This document shows, in pieces, positions 8,882-19,237 of a stretch of 20,000 bases of DNA. The stretch is from Peribolospora baueri. Its lineage: Eukaryota. The translations under genes were made by a program, and so were the position numbers. The notes beneath the pieces are model-generated. The model was given only the letters and a program-made list of their open reading frames with translations, searched no databases and was not told where the DNA came from. Each line of letters starts with the position of its first letter. The stretch's first letter is position 1. The stretch lies in contig JAMDHS010000037.1 in assembly GCA_029717555.1 (NCBI GenBank), forward strand, positions 178,400-198,399, given 5' to 3'.

Positions 8882-11800
8882 CTAGACGTGAAAAGCAAAC
8901 ATGGTTTGCGACGCGGCATTCACCGCGTCAGCGCCGCCGCACGAGTCGATAAACTCGGACAAAAAGTCCTGGCCCGCGTCGTTGAGCCCCTCAAGGCCGA
9001 GCGTCGTGCCCACGCCCGCGCCCGCGCTCGCGCCGGCGTCAAAGCTAGCTCCGGCGCCGGAAGACACGTCGTTCAGCGCGGCGGCCAACGAACCGTCAGG
9101 CATCCAGCCATCGCCCTCCGTTGCGGCGAGGCCGACGAGGCCGCCAGACATGAACTGCGGTGCGTCGGCGTTCATCGGCGACGAGTTGGACGATGACGAC
9201 GACGAGGAAGAGTGGGTGACGGCGGCAACCAAGGACGATGCGGCGGCTTTAGCGCAAGGGGGAGCGGCGCCGCCGGGGGCAAAGACGTTCCGGACGGGCG
9301 AGTCAACCGCCCATCCGTCCGCGGCGGCCCACTTCTGTCCGAGCCTGCTCCTCAGCCAAGGGCTACCGGGCCTGGGAGCCGAGGGCGCCTCGAGCGGGGT
9401 GTGGATGACCTGCGGGAAGGGCGTCACGGGCTGCGAGCCGGCGCCACCGGTGGCGGTGCTCGCGGAGCACATGGAGAGCAGACCGACGGAGAGTTCGCCA
9501 GAGGAGAGAGCGGCGGAGGGGGCGGTGGAGCGAGTGAAGGCCTGGGCAGGCGGGATGGACACGCTGAGGTTGTGTTTGTTGATCGAGCCCTGACGTCGGC
9601 GGCCCGTCTGCGGCTGATGCTGCTGTTGGTGGTGGTGGGCGACGACATCGTCACCGAGGGAGATGGCGGGCATGGGCGAGGTGAATGACTGAGGGCTCGG
9701 GATCTGCTTGGAGCGCACTGCGAGCAGGGACACGGACGCTTGGCCGGCTCGCGTCTCATGGGGCGGGAGGCACTCGAGGTCGTAACAGACGACGAGGACG
9801 ACGTTTCCAATCTCGCTGCCCTTGCTCACGTTCGCCCTCGCGCTCGCCGGTTCGTCGTCGGACGCGCGCACGACAAACTCCTGCACGACGGAGAGGCCGC
9901 CGACGGCGTTGAGGAGGGCCTCTCGCTCCTCGGTCGTCTTGGCCAGGTTGAGCCTGCCGGAGGACCCGGAGGAAGGGGTGGCGGCGACGGCGGCCGAGCC
10001 ACGGTTGTTGGAGGCCAAAGCACCGCGGAAGAAGAGAGAGAAGAACTCGGGGGCGAAGGGAGCGACGTGGGAGTATTTGTGGCCCAGCGGGAGGCCGACC
10101 GAGTCGGCGGTGCCGGGGACGACGCGCTCCGGAGGCGCGAGGTTCTCCTCGAGCGAAAGCACCTGGCGTCCGCACGAGTAGACGGTGGTGACGGCGGTGA
10201 GGGTCTGCTCCTGCTGGGACGAAAGAGTGATCTTTGTGTGCAGGTTATCGAACACCATCGCCGTCTCCGAGTGAGGGAGGGAGACGGTGGCGTTGACGTA
10301 AAGGAACTGGCACGGCAGCCGGTTGTACATGGCCGGCAGCTGGGCGAACTTGGGTACCGAGTGAGGGATGTCCTCGAGGAAGACGGTGGACAGGCCGCCC
10401 GCGGAGGGCTTGTCGAGGCGGGTGTAGACGTGCATCGCATCACTAACCGACGAGTCGGCCCACATGCAGAAGCTGGACGGCAGGATGGGCCCGGCGACTT
10501 GGGAGGGAGGTCCCATGGAGAGGGCGAGAGCGGGAGCGCTGTTGGGGGGCATGCTGTGGTGCTGCTGGTGCTGGTGCTGCTGGTGCTGGTGCTGTAGCGG
10601 CGGCGGGTGGGGGAAGTGCAGCTCGTCGAGGGCGGCGGTGAGGGAGGAGGTGGCGGACATGGGAGGTGCGATCATAGGGAACGGGTAGGCGGGAGAGGGG
10701 TGACTGGCGGCGGTGAGGAGGGCAGGCGAAGGGGCGCCGGAGAAGAGAGAGCCAGTAGACGCGCTGCCCGCCGAGCCCGGTCGACCGTAGAAGGTGGGAG
10801 TGTAGGGAGAAAGGAGACCTTGGGTCTGAGCGGAGATGAGGCTAGCCGGCCAGCCGGAAGCCATGGTGGAGTAGGTGCCCATGGTGTAGTTCATGGCGAG
10901 GGCCTGCTGAAGGCCAGGGAAAGAGGCGAGAGCGGGGAAGTATTGAGGGCCGCCGGCGGGGGTGAAAAAGTCCTCGTCGCTGGTGGGCTCGGAGACGAGA
11001 CTCATGACTGGCGGGGAAAGAGGAAATCAATCATCACATAACGGGCGGGGCAAGAATCATCACATAACAAAGTCAGAAGACGCCGGAAGAAGAAGAAGAA
11101 GAAGAAACAACAACTCACAATCCGCATCACCGCGCTTAACATGCTTAAGCACCTGAATATGACTCGACACCTGCTTCCTGCTCCTCACCTTGCCCGTCTT
11201 GCGGAGGATGTAATCGGCAATCAACTCGTTTCGGCCACACGGCTTGCCGTTCACCAGCACTTTTCGACGGCCGAGCTTGGGAACGATACGCAGGGCGTCG
11301 TAGAAGGCCTCTTCCACGTCTTCGGGCCACACTTCGGCCGTCTTGTCCTTGCCGCCGGATGGCGACGACTCCTTTCTGGCGGCGCCCAAAAGCGACGTGT
11401 TGGGACGCGAGAAGGAGCCGCCGGAAGCGAGCACGGTGGCCAGGGCGGAAGAGGCTCGACGAGGCGGCGGCACGGCCCCTCCCAGTCCCGGTCCGGCCGA
11501 GGTGGAAGGGCGACGTACGGCCGACGCGTCGTCGTGCTTGGGCAGCGCGGGGGCAGTGGCGGCGACGGCGGTGTGGGGCGGGACGGAGAGACTGGAGAAG
11601 AGCTTGCGGGCTGGGTTGACCGACAGAGCGTCGGCGGCGGCGGAGGGGTGGCGGGCGTCGTCGGGAAGGGGGAACGTCTTGGTGCGGAGAGGGGAGTAGG
11701 GCGTGCCGCGTCGGGTGACGGACACGTCCTGGTCCATGGCCGCGTCCTCGTCGGCGGCGTTGTCGACCGAGTTGGTGGGCGATCCGGTAGGGGCGGAGCG

Positions 11801-12730
11801 GGGACGGTCGAGGTGGAACGCGTCGTCGAGGCCAAAGGCGGAGGGCGCGGCGGTAAGGAGGCCGCCTCGGGCCGTCGAGGACGCGTCGGCGGTGGCGACG
11901 CGAGGGGCGGCGGCGGCGATCGCCGGTGGCATGAAGGCAAAATGCGGGGTGGCCGGCGTGGAGGCCTGAGACTGGCTATCGGACGCGGCGCCTTGCTCGG
12001 CGGGCTCGGCGGTGGTCAGGCCCGAGGGCGCGGGGTGGATGGCGACAGGGAGGCCGTTGGACGCGTCCTGGCTGGAGGAGGGCTGTCGAGGGGTCTCAAA
12101 CTTGAGGCCGACGCCGTGATTGGCGGCGGTGACGTCGATGAGAAGCCTCGGCGGCGTCCCGCTGGCGGCCCTCTTGGCCTCTCGAGGCGCTTCGGAGGGA
12201 GTGAGATCTTGGTCGTCGTCGGCGCGGGTGCCTTGTTCTTCGTCGTCGGGCGACTTTCGCTTGACCGACTTGGACGTGGCGGGGGTGGGGGGGAGGAAGG
12301 CGTTGCCGAGGCTGGAGACGGCGGAGGAGAGGCCGGGCATGGGTCTAGACGGCGTATCGAACGAGTAGCTGCCGGCGCCGACGGGGCTGCTGAAGGTGCC
12401 CGAGGGGCCGGAGGGGAGGCTAGCGTACGAGTCGGAGGAGGACATGCTGGCGCTGGAGATGGAGGAGGAGGGCGAAGGGTCGGGGCACCATGCGACGGAG
12501 AGGGTGGTGGTGGTGCCAGGGGGGAGCCTGAAGGGGGGCTCGCGGTCGTCGGAGGCCAAGATGCGGACGGCGTCGTCGTTGGGTTCGCGTTTTACGTTGG
12601 CGCTGGCGGCGGCGTTGGCGTTGGGCTGGCGGGACGAGGCGGAGGGGTGGACGGGGGAGGCGAGGAGGGGCGAAGGGCCGTCGTCGTCGTTGCTCGACGC
12701 GGGCCGAAGAGCGTCGTGAGCCGAGACCAT
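8882..12730 (-). CDS. TEA/ATTS-domain transcription factor (Tec1/AbaA/TEAD family), ~1245 aa; exons 12730-11119 and 11007-8882
   Basis: Clear TEA domain VWPEDVEEAFYDALRIVPKLGRRKVLVNGKPCGRNELIADYILRKTGKVRSRKQVSSHIQVLK (~11150-11335). A phase-1 GTGAGT...CAG intron (11118-11008) joins it in frame (GDAD-F-MSLVSEP) to the 707-aa ORF. The first in-frame ATG is at 12730. Confidence 0.92.
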
Positions 12731-13185
12731 GACGGCTTGGGGTGGTGGTGGAGGAGCAGGAGAAGTGAAAGACTTAAGGGGATGAAAAAGGACGGTGGGT
12801 TGAAAAGACAGTGGGCAGTGAGAGGGGTGGGGAGGGTTCGAAGGATGGTGGTGGTCGACGAAGATCGAGGTCGAGGTGGAAGTGGAAGTGGAAGCGAGAG
12901 GTGGAGCGAGGGAGTGGTGGATGCGACGACGGCGTCGCCTAAAGAAAGGCCGGAGGCTGGTTGGTTGGTTGGTTGGTTGATTGAATGCCGGGCTCGGCGT
13001 CCCTTGCCTGTGTTCGTCTCGTCGTCCGTCGATCGGGTGTGCCTTCTCCCACCCCGTCCGTCCGCTCGCCGGTCTCACACGGCGGCTGGCTGGCTGTGTG
13101 GATATGGACCCGGCTGGGGGATCGTCGTCGCCGGCCGGCAGAGAGGAAGGAAGAAGAAGGGGCCGTCGGTCGTCGGATCCGGAGA

Positions 13186-13210
13186 TGCGTTGCGTTGCGT
13201 TGCGTTGCGT
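13186..13210 (+). repeat. (TGCGT)5 microsatellite
   Basis: Read directly from the sequence. Confidence 0.9.
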
Positions 13211-13635
13211 GCGGGCCTTCTCCTACCTACGAAACGGCGAGGGCCGGGAGAAGAAGGAGAGGGCGCGAGAAGGGGGCTCGGAGGGAGGAAGAGACGATGG
13301 GGAGAGACGAGACGAGACGAGACTAATGGCGGGGCGAGGGAGGCGGGCGAGGCGAGGCGCGAAGAGAAGAGAAGAGAGGGACGGTGGGAGGGACAGACAG
13401 AGAGACGGGGTATGTCAGATCGGAATCGGGCCCGGCCTAGCTGGCACGGCGGATGGCCGCTGAGAGGGGGCGGGCGAGGGAGGGAGAGGAGGGAGAGAGG
13501 GAGGAAGGAGAGTGAAGGAGAGAGAAGGAAAGTGATGAGGAGGGAGTGGGAAGAAGCAGAGTGGGACGAGGGAGAGCGGAAAAGGGGACGAAGGGGGACG
13601 AATGGGTGAGAGAGAGAAAGAGGAAGAGGAAGAGG

Positions 13636-13660
13636 CGACGACGACGACGACGACGACGAC
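13636..13660 (+). repeat. (CGA)8 microsatellite
   Basis: Read directly from the sequence. Confidence 0.9.
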
Positions 13661-14112
13661 GGAGGAGACGGAGATTTTCCAGCGGCTGAGTCTCCAGCGA
13701 GCCGCTTGGCTTGGCTTGGATGGATGATAGAAGGATAGATGGATGGCGGTGAGAGGTGGAGGGAGGGAGGGAGGGGCAAGAGAAATCGCAGGCGCAGGCG
13801 CAGGCGCAGGCAGGCGCACGCAGGCGCACGGCCCCGTCTGTCCGATCCGTCGTCCTATTCGCCTCCGTACACCTCCGTCCGCTCACCTGGCCTGGTCCAC
13901 GTCCGCTCGGTTGCGGCGGTGTAGAAGGAAGGAGGCAGCGAGTGACGACCGGTCGAGGGAGACGCACCGGACGCACTCGGCCAAGTCACACGGACGTCGA
14001 GGGGTGGGAATGAGCGGGGGAAGGGGAAGGGAGAGGAGAGGAGGAGGGAAGGAGTAGGCGGAAGGACCGGCTGGGAGGCAGGCAGGCCACGAAGACTTAC
14101 TTGACTGGCTCG

Positions 14113-14202
14113 ACTGACCACAACTGACCAACTGACAAACTGACCAACTGACAAGCCGACCAACCGACGAACCGACCAACCGACCAACCGACCAACCGAC
14201 CG
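14113..14202 (+). repeat. Degenerate tetranucleotide array (ACTG/ACCA/ACCG)n
   Basis: actgaccacaactgaccaactgac...accgaccaaccgaccaaccgacc is visible directly. Confidence 0.8.
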
Positions 14203-15403
14203 ATAGACAACCGACGGCCAAGACGGCCGGCAAGGAGGCCGAGTGGCGGAGGCGTCGCTTCCACCTACCGTGGGGCCGCCACCCATCGTCCACTCCCTCT
14301 CCCTCGGCACATCACCGGAATCAAGTCGGAGAAGATCGATCTACTTTGGATTACTTTGCTGCGGCACGGCACTCTACTTAAGTCCACCCACTTCCGGGAG
14401 AGAACAGCGTTGGTTTGCTTCCCTTTCGCATCGCCCGTCTGTCTCTCGCCCTAGGCCGCTAGCGCGCACTCTATGCAGCAAACACCCATTGTGCGCCGCT
14501 GACGGCCGGCTGACGGCTGTGCCGCAGCGCAGGATGGGGTCGGATGGATGGATGCATGCATGGATGTTTGGTCGGTTGGTCGGTTGGTTGGTTGGACAAA
14601 CGACAGACAGGTGGATCGGAATATCGATCGCCCGCGCAGGGGCTCGCCCGCATATACACAATCGCTGTCCAGATCGCCGGCATGCAAACTCGCCCTCTTC
14701 GCCCCCCTTCCCGTGACCGAGGGCGAGGGGGAGGACTACGATGAGGACAGGGTGGGGACGTACGTGGGCGCCCTCTCTTTCGCTCTCCCCGACGCTCCTG
14801 CTCTCCTCCTCGACTAGCGTACCATACCGTACCCACAACCGTTCGCTCGCACGCAACGCCGTCGCCGTCCAGTCTCGCCCTCCTCCGCAGAGCACTTTGT
14901 CCACCCACCCCCGTCCGTCCACCGCCTGCTCGCAGCTTTCTATCACCACAGACGGTGCGAGGCATAGTGCCGAGTTGAGATAAGAGGAGAGGTGGTGCCG
15001 GAGACTTACACCGAGAAAGTCGCCGAGCGTAAAGAAAGACCGATGATCCAGCGCTTCGTTTCGATTCAACAGCGGTCAGAGCGCCCTACGCGACCTTTGC
15101 AAAGCACCTGTCCGTCCTCGTCTGTCTGTCTGTCTATCCCGCTTCCGTGTACGTTTCTCTGCCCGTGCGCTTCTCCATGCTTCGACACGAAGAAACCCCT
15201 TTCAGAGACGATGCCAGCCGGGGGGGGGGGGGCGGGCGGCGCGGGCCCGGCGAGAAGACCAAAAAGACAAAGGCCGGTTGAGATTCCCAAAGTCTGTCGT
15301 CAAATCAGATGGATTGCTCTTCTTAGTTAAAGACGGGACGGTAACGCGAGACAGAGCTCGGAGGCCGCGTCAAGGCAATTCCACCCGCACACGAGGTCGA
15401 CCG

Positions 15404-16462
15404 TCAAAAGTCGCAAGCGTCGACAATGACCTTGACGATCCTCTCCAGGCCTATCCGGTCCTCCTCGTCAAAGCCTTCTTCCACCGTGCAGTCGATGTCC
15501 AGCACGCCCTGCGACGATCGGTGGCCGCATTTTCACAGAATCAGCGTAGGAGAGCGATAAAACGAGGGAGCAGGAGAGGACGAGAGAAAAAAACGTGTCC
15601 GTCAGCGTCGCAACGCAAAGCGAGGCGGATCAAGCAAGAAACAAAAAGGCCAGCCGCTCACCACCACCGTCTCCTTCGCCCCGGCCTCCTCGACAGGCCA
15701 CCCGGTCCGCTCGTCCCGGGTTCTGTCCCCCAGCCTGTCGAACGGAACGCGGATCGGCACCACAATCTCGCTCCTGCTCGCAGAGTCGCACGCGATGTGG
15801 CCTGGGTATTTCTCCGTGTCTCCCACCACCACGGTCGTCGGCGGCCTCTTCGCCGACGCGTCCGCGCAGACGCCCTTGCCTACGACCGAGGGGATCTGTT
15901 GGCAGGCCGGAAGGCCGTGGAAGGGGCCTAAGAGGAGGAGCGGCGCACCGGTTTTCGTCGTCATCGGCGAGGCGGCATTGGTAGGCGGGAAGAGGCGGGC
16001 GAGGAGGTAGAAGCCTGGTAGGGTGAAACCAAGGGAGAACAAGGTCCGCCGCGTCCCAAGCCGACAGATCATGAGCAGGTGAGAATGTGGACCGGGAATG
16101 GGCAAGGAACGGACGGGCAGGCGCGCTCACCGGCCCAGTTGACGGGCTTGTTCTCCCACGCGTGGAACCGGTTCATCGAGTTATAGATGACCGAAGAGGC
16201 GTTGGAAAGGTTTGTGACCTGACGTTGCATGCAGAGCGGCGAACGCGCGCCGGGGGGCGTGAGCGGGGAGTAGGAGGAGGCCGACTCGTCTCGAAAGCGC
16301 AGCAGCGCAGCAGCGAGCGCGCCCATCTCGAAATTTGATGGGCCTGCTCACCCAATTCCGCTGCCCTCCGAGCAAAGCCTCGATTTGCCCGACGATGTGC
16401 TCGTAGAACTGTGCCTTGGTCTGCACACCGCCCGGCAGAGCGGCCGCGTCGGCGTGGACCAT
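15404..16462 (-). CDS. GAF-fold free methionine-(R)-sulfoxide reductase (fRMsr; yeast YKL069W / bacterial MsrC-like), ~218 aa; exons 16462-16352, 16218-16131, 16014-15662, 15508-15404
   Basis: The spliced protein has QRNWVTNLSNASS, VNWAGFY, LGPFHGLPAC, GKGVC, YPGHIACDSASRSEIVVP and GVLDIDC...FDEEDRIGLERIV. All three family cysteines are present. The three GTGAGC...CAG introns keep the frame (657 nt total). Confidence 0.93.
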
Positions 16463-16951
16463 GGTGCCGAGGTGGGCTAGATAGATAGCGTCGCTTGCTC
16501 CGCCAAGGTGCGGGTTGGTTCGCCGTGGAGCTGGGGCTGCAGGTCAATGACGTGCAAAAGTGTGCTCAAGGAACGAAGAATCAGCGGGCCGAAGACGCTT
16601 CTCGACCGGGCAGCGATAAGCGAGCGTCGTCGTCCCCGATGTTTGTCTTGGACGACGTTTTGTTTTCCTTCGCACCTCCAATTCCGGGGCAAAGCCAACC
16701 GAGGCGCGACTATTCCGCACGGCCGGCCTAACGGTCGGACCAACAAACGCTGCGGCACGACGGCTTTCCCACGAGCCGGTGGCTGGTTGGGGTGGCCCGA
16801 GCGCAAGCCGAGAGCTTCTCGAAGACTCGGCTGAGAGAAGATGGAATGGTCGTCGAGCAGTCGTCTGTCCCACTTGAGCTCGCCATCAGTCCTCCTCTTG
16901 CTTACTTGCTGCAATACCCACTCGCACACGGTCTCTTTTCTCTCGCCTACC

Positions 16952-18680
16952 ATGCCCACCTGCACGCGCAAAGGATGCGGACAGCCGTACGAGGTCGGAA
17001 GCGTAGACGGGTGCCGCTACCACCCGGGCGGTCCTGTGGGTGGCTCCCGCTCTCTTTCTCCCCATGGTCGACGCATGGTCTATCGGTCTTGTTCGCCGTC
17101 TTTCTGGCCTGACCTTGCTCGCTTCTATATTCCATCCATTTTCTCCTGTACAGGTCTTTCATGAAGGTCTGAAGGTGAGCGCCCCGCGTTCGATCTGGCT
17201 AAGCCTGCCGGGACCCAGGCGGCGTTGGCCATTGCTAGCCGACGGACGGGGACCCATTAGAAGGGACAGCTAACCCGTGCGCGCTCTTGGCTCTACACTC
17301 TTCCACAGAGCTGGTCTTGCTGCAAGGACATGAACAAACCTGTAATCGACTTTGATGCGTTTATGAAGATCCCCGTGAGACGTCTTTACTTCCCTTTCTT
17401 TCTTTAGTCGCCTTGACGTGGCTCATCTGACCCCCGGTGTTCACGTCTCTGACGGCCGTTCGCTCGCTCCTCCTTGATAGGGTTGTGCCGAAGGCCAACA
17501 TACGGATGCAAAGCCCGAGCCTGCCTCGGGAACGTCTACTTCCACCACCCAGCCGAGCGCCGAAGCGCCTACCAAGACGGTCGGGAAAGACGGCGTAGAG
17601 GTATACGGTACCCCCTTGCCCGTCTCGTCCTCATCCGCCTCCGAGAAGCCCTCTCCGTCCCCGAAGCCTTTGACGCCACGCACACTCTCAAAGGAAGAAG
17701 AAAAAGACGATGTGGGTGTTCCTGTGCCGAAGGGGACACGATGCAAGCGCACGGCGTGCGGTAAGGAGTACGTGAGCGAGGCAGAGAGCAGGGGCGGCAA
17801 GGTGGATGAGGAGGGACGGTGGGAAGAGGAAGGAGAGGAGGACGGGAGGGCTTGTAGGTATCATCCTGGACAGCCTGTCTTCCACGAGGGGAGCAAGGTG
17901 AGCCGGCGCCGTTCGTGTCGTGTCGCCCGAGAGCATCCAGTTCTGCGGGATCGGTCGACGTCGCTCACTCGCCCATCTCTCCTCTCAGGGGTACACCTGC
18001 TGCAAACGGCGCGTGATGGACTTTGACGATTTCCTCAACATCAAAGGTTGCAGATTGGCCAAGAGCGGTCATCTCTTCATCGGCTCAGCGACATCCCGAG
18101 CGGCGACGAAGGAAGCGGATGCGGCGTCGAGAGAGGGCTTGGAGGAAGGAGAAGAGCCGACAGAGTGTAGGATCGATCATTACCAGACTCCCGGGGATGT
18201 GAGGGTCAGCGTGTTTGCCAAGGGGGCCGATCCGGAGAAGAGCAGGGTCGAGTTTGGGGAGGAGGAGGTGAGTTCGAGTGGACATGATCGATCGATCGCT
18301 CGGTCGCCGACCGTCGTCGGCACATGGCTCAAGGTCGTCTGCCTCTTCCTGTCCCGTCCCTGCCCCAGGTTCTTCTCTCCATACACATCCCCGGCACGAC
18401 CACCTCTCCCTCTCCCAAGCGCTACCACCGACGACTTTCCCTCTACGGTCCGATCGACCCGACGTCGTCATCGTTCACGTTCATGCGAACCAAGGTCGAA
18501 CTGGTGCTCGTCAAAAAGGACAACCGATCGTGGAACACTCTGCAGAGGCTTAAGCATTCGACGGTGGACTTGGGGAGAGGGTATGGGCCAATGAACTTGA
18601 CGTTTGGTGCGACGGGGAGGACGGGTACGGTGGGCGGGAGGGAGATGGTGTTGCAGGAGGACAACAAGCTGAAGCGTTGA
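16952..18680 (+). CDS. CHORD-CHORD-CS protein (CHORDC1/Morgana/Chp-1-like Hsp90 co-chaperone), ~392 aa; exons 16952-17035, 17154-17174, 17309-17374, 17481-17897, 17989-18267, 18369-18680
   Basis: CHORD-I: CTRKGC...[20 protein letters not shown]...DFDAFMKIPGCAEGQH. CHORD-II: CKRTAC...[36 protein letters not shown]...HLF. CS domain: CRIDHYQTPGDVRVSVFAK...LYGPIDP...TKVELVLVK...SWNTL. Five GT-AG introns keep the frame (1179 nt). Confidence 0.94.
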
Positions 18681-18858
18681 CGGTGGGCTGTGTAACGACA
18701 GACGAACGCGCCTCATCTGGGCTTTCTTTCAACGCTTTGCGAGCCCCCGGTCGTCGCCGAAGCGAGAGAGGGACCCGTGAATTGGGCACAAAACCGAAAG
18801 GAAAGAGAAAAAAAAAAAGGGTTGGACGTCGTCGCCCCTCGCTCAAGGCGAGGCAAGC

Positions 18859-18890
18859 CAAAAAAAAAAAAAAAAAAAAGAAAAAAAAAA
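18859..18890 (+). repeat. A-rich homopolymer tract downstream of the CHORD gene
   Basis: A long A run interrupted by a single G. Confidence 0.9.
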
Positions 18891-18978
18891 GCCTCTTGCG
18901 TTCGTCCGCGCTTCGAGATGTAGCGCCGGCGTCCATCAATCGGGTACGTACGTACGTACGTACAGTGGGCTTCTTCAA

Positions 18979-19023
18979 AGAGGAAGCCAGAGCAGAGGAA
19001 GCCAGAGCAGAGGAAGCCAGAGC
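18979..19023 (+). repeat. 15-bp minisatellite (AGAGGAAGCCAGAGC)x3, perfect copies
   Basis: Units at 18979, 18994 and 19009. Confidence 0.95.
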
Positions 19024-19189
19024 AAACCCGGGAATGTCGTCTCCTCGCCAACAGACGACCGAGCGACCACTGACCGAGCGGCTCTCTCCGGTCTCGTCGC
19101 GATGGCCGATGGACTGCGAGGGCCACGCACGCGACCGCAACCGCAACCGACGACGGGGGCAGTGTGTGTGTGCGTGTGCGTGCGTTGAG

Positions 19190-19237
19190 GTCAAGTCAAG
19201 TCAAGTAAGGTCAAGTCAAGTCGTCAGGTCAGGTCAG
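19190..19237 (+). repeat. (GTCAA/GTCAG)n pentanucleotide array
   Basis: gtcaagtcaagtcaagtaaggtcaagtcaagtcgtcaggtcaggtcag is visible directly. Confidence 0.85.

Noticed and set aside
12731..13078. ORF-track N-terminus of the TEA protein starting at 13078
   Set aside because: It begins at GTG and encodes microsatellite-derived sequence; the first in-frame ATG is 12730.
11141..13609. 822-aa + strand ORF antisense to the TEA gene
   Set aside because: Gly/Arg/Val-rich with no recognisable domain; an expected shadow frame of a GC-rich gene extended by purine repeats.
14007..14012. TEA consensus site (CATTCC/GGAATG) upstream of the TEA gene, suggesting autoregulation
   Set aside because: A single hexamer that also occurs elsewhere (e.g. 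16843, 19031); not distinguishable from chance.
14240..15400. Several 100-230 aa ORFs between the TEA and fRMsr genes
   Set aside because: No domain-like content, they run through microsatellites, and I could not build a coherent exon chain.
3842..18680. ATG9, fRMsr and CHORD as a functional stress/proteostasis gene cluster
   Set aside because: Conserved housekeeping genes in different pathways; adjacency alone is not evidence without synteny or co-expression data.
18979..19023. Repeated 15-mer as a CRISPR-like array or coding repeat (EEARA x3)
   Set aside because: No spacers, eukaryotic context, and the surrounding ORF is a poly-A-derived artefact; it is an ordinary minisatellite.
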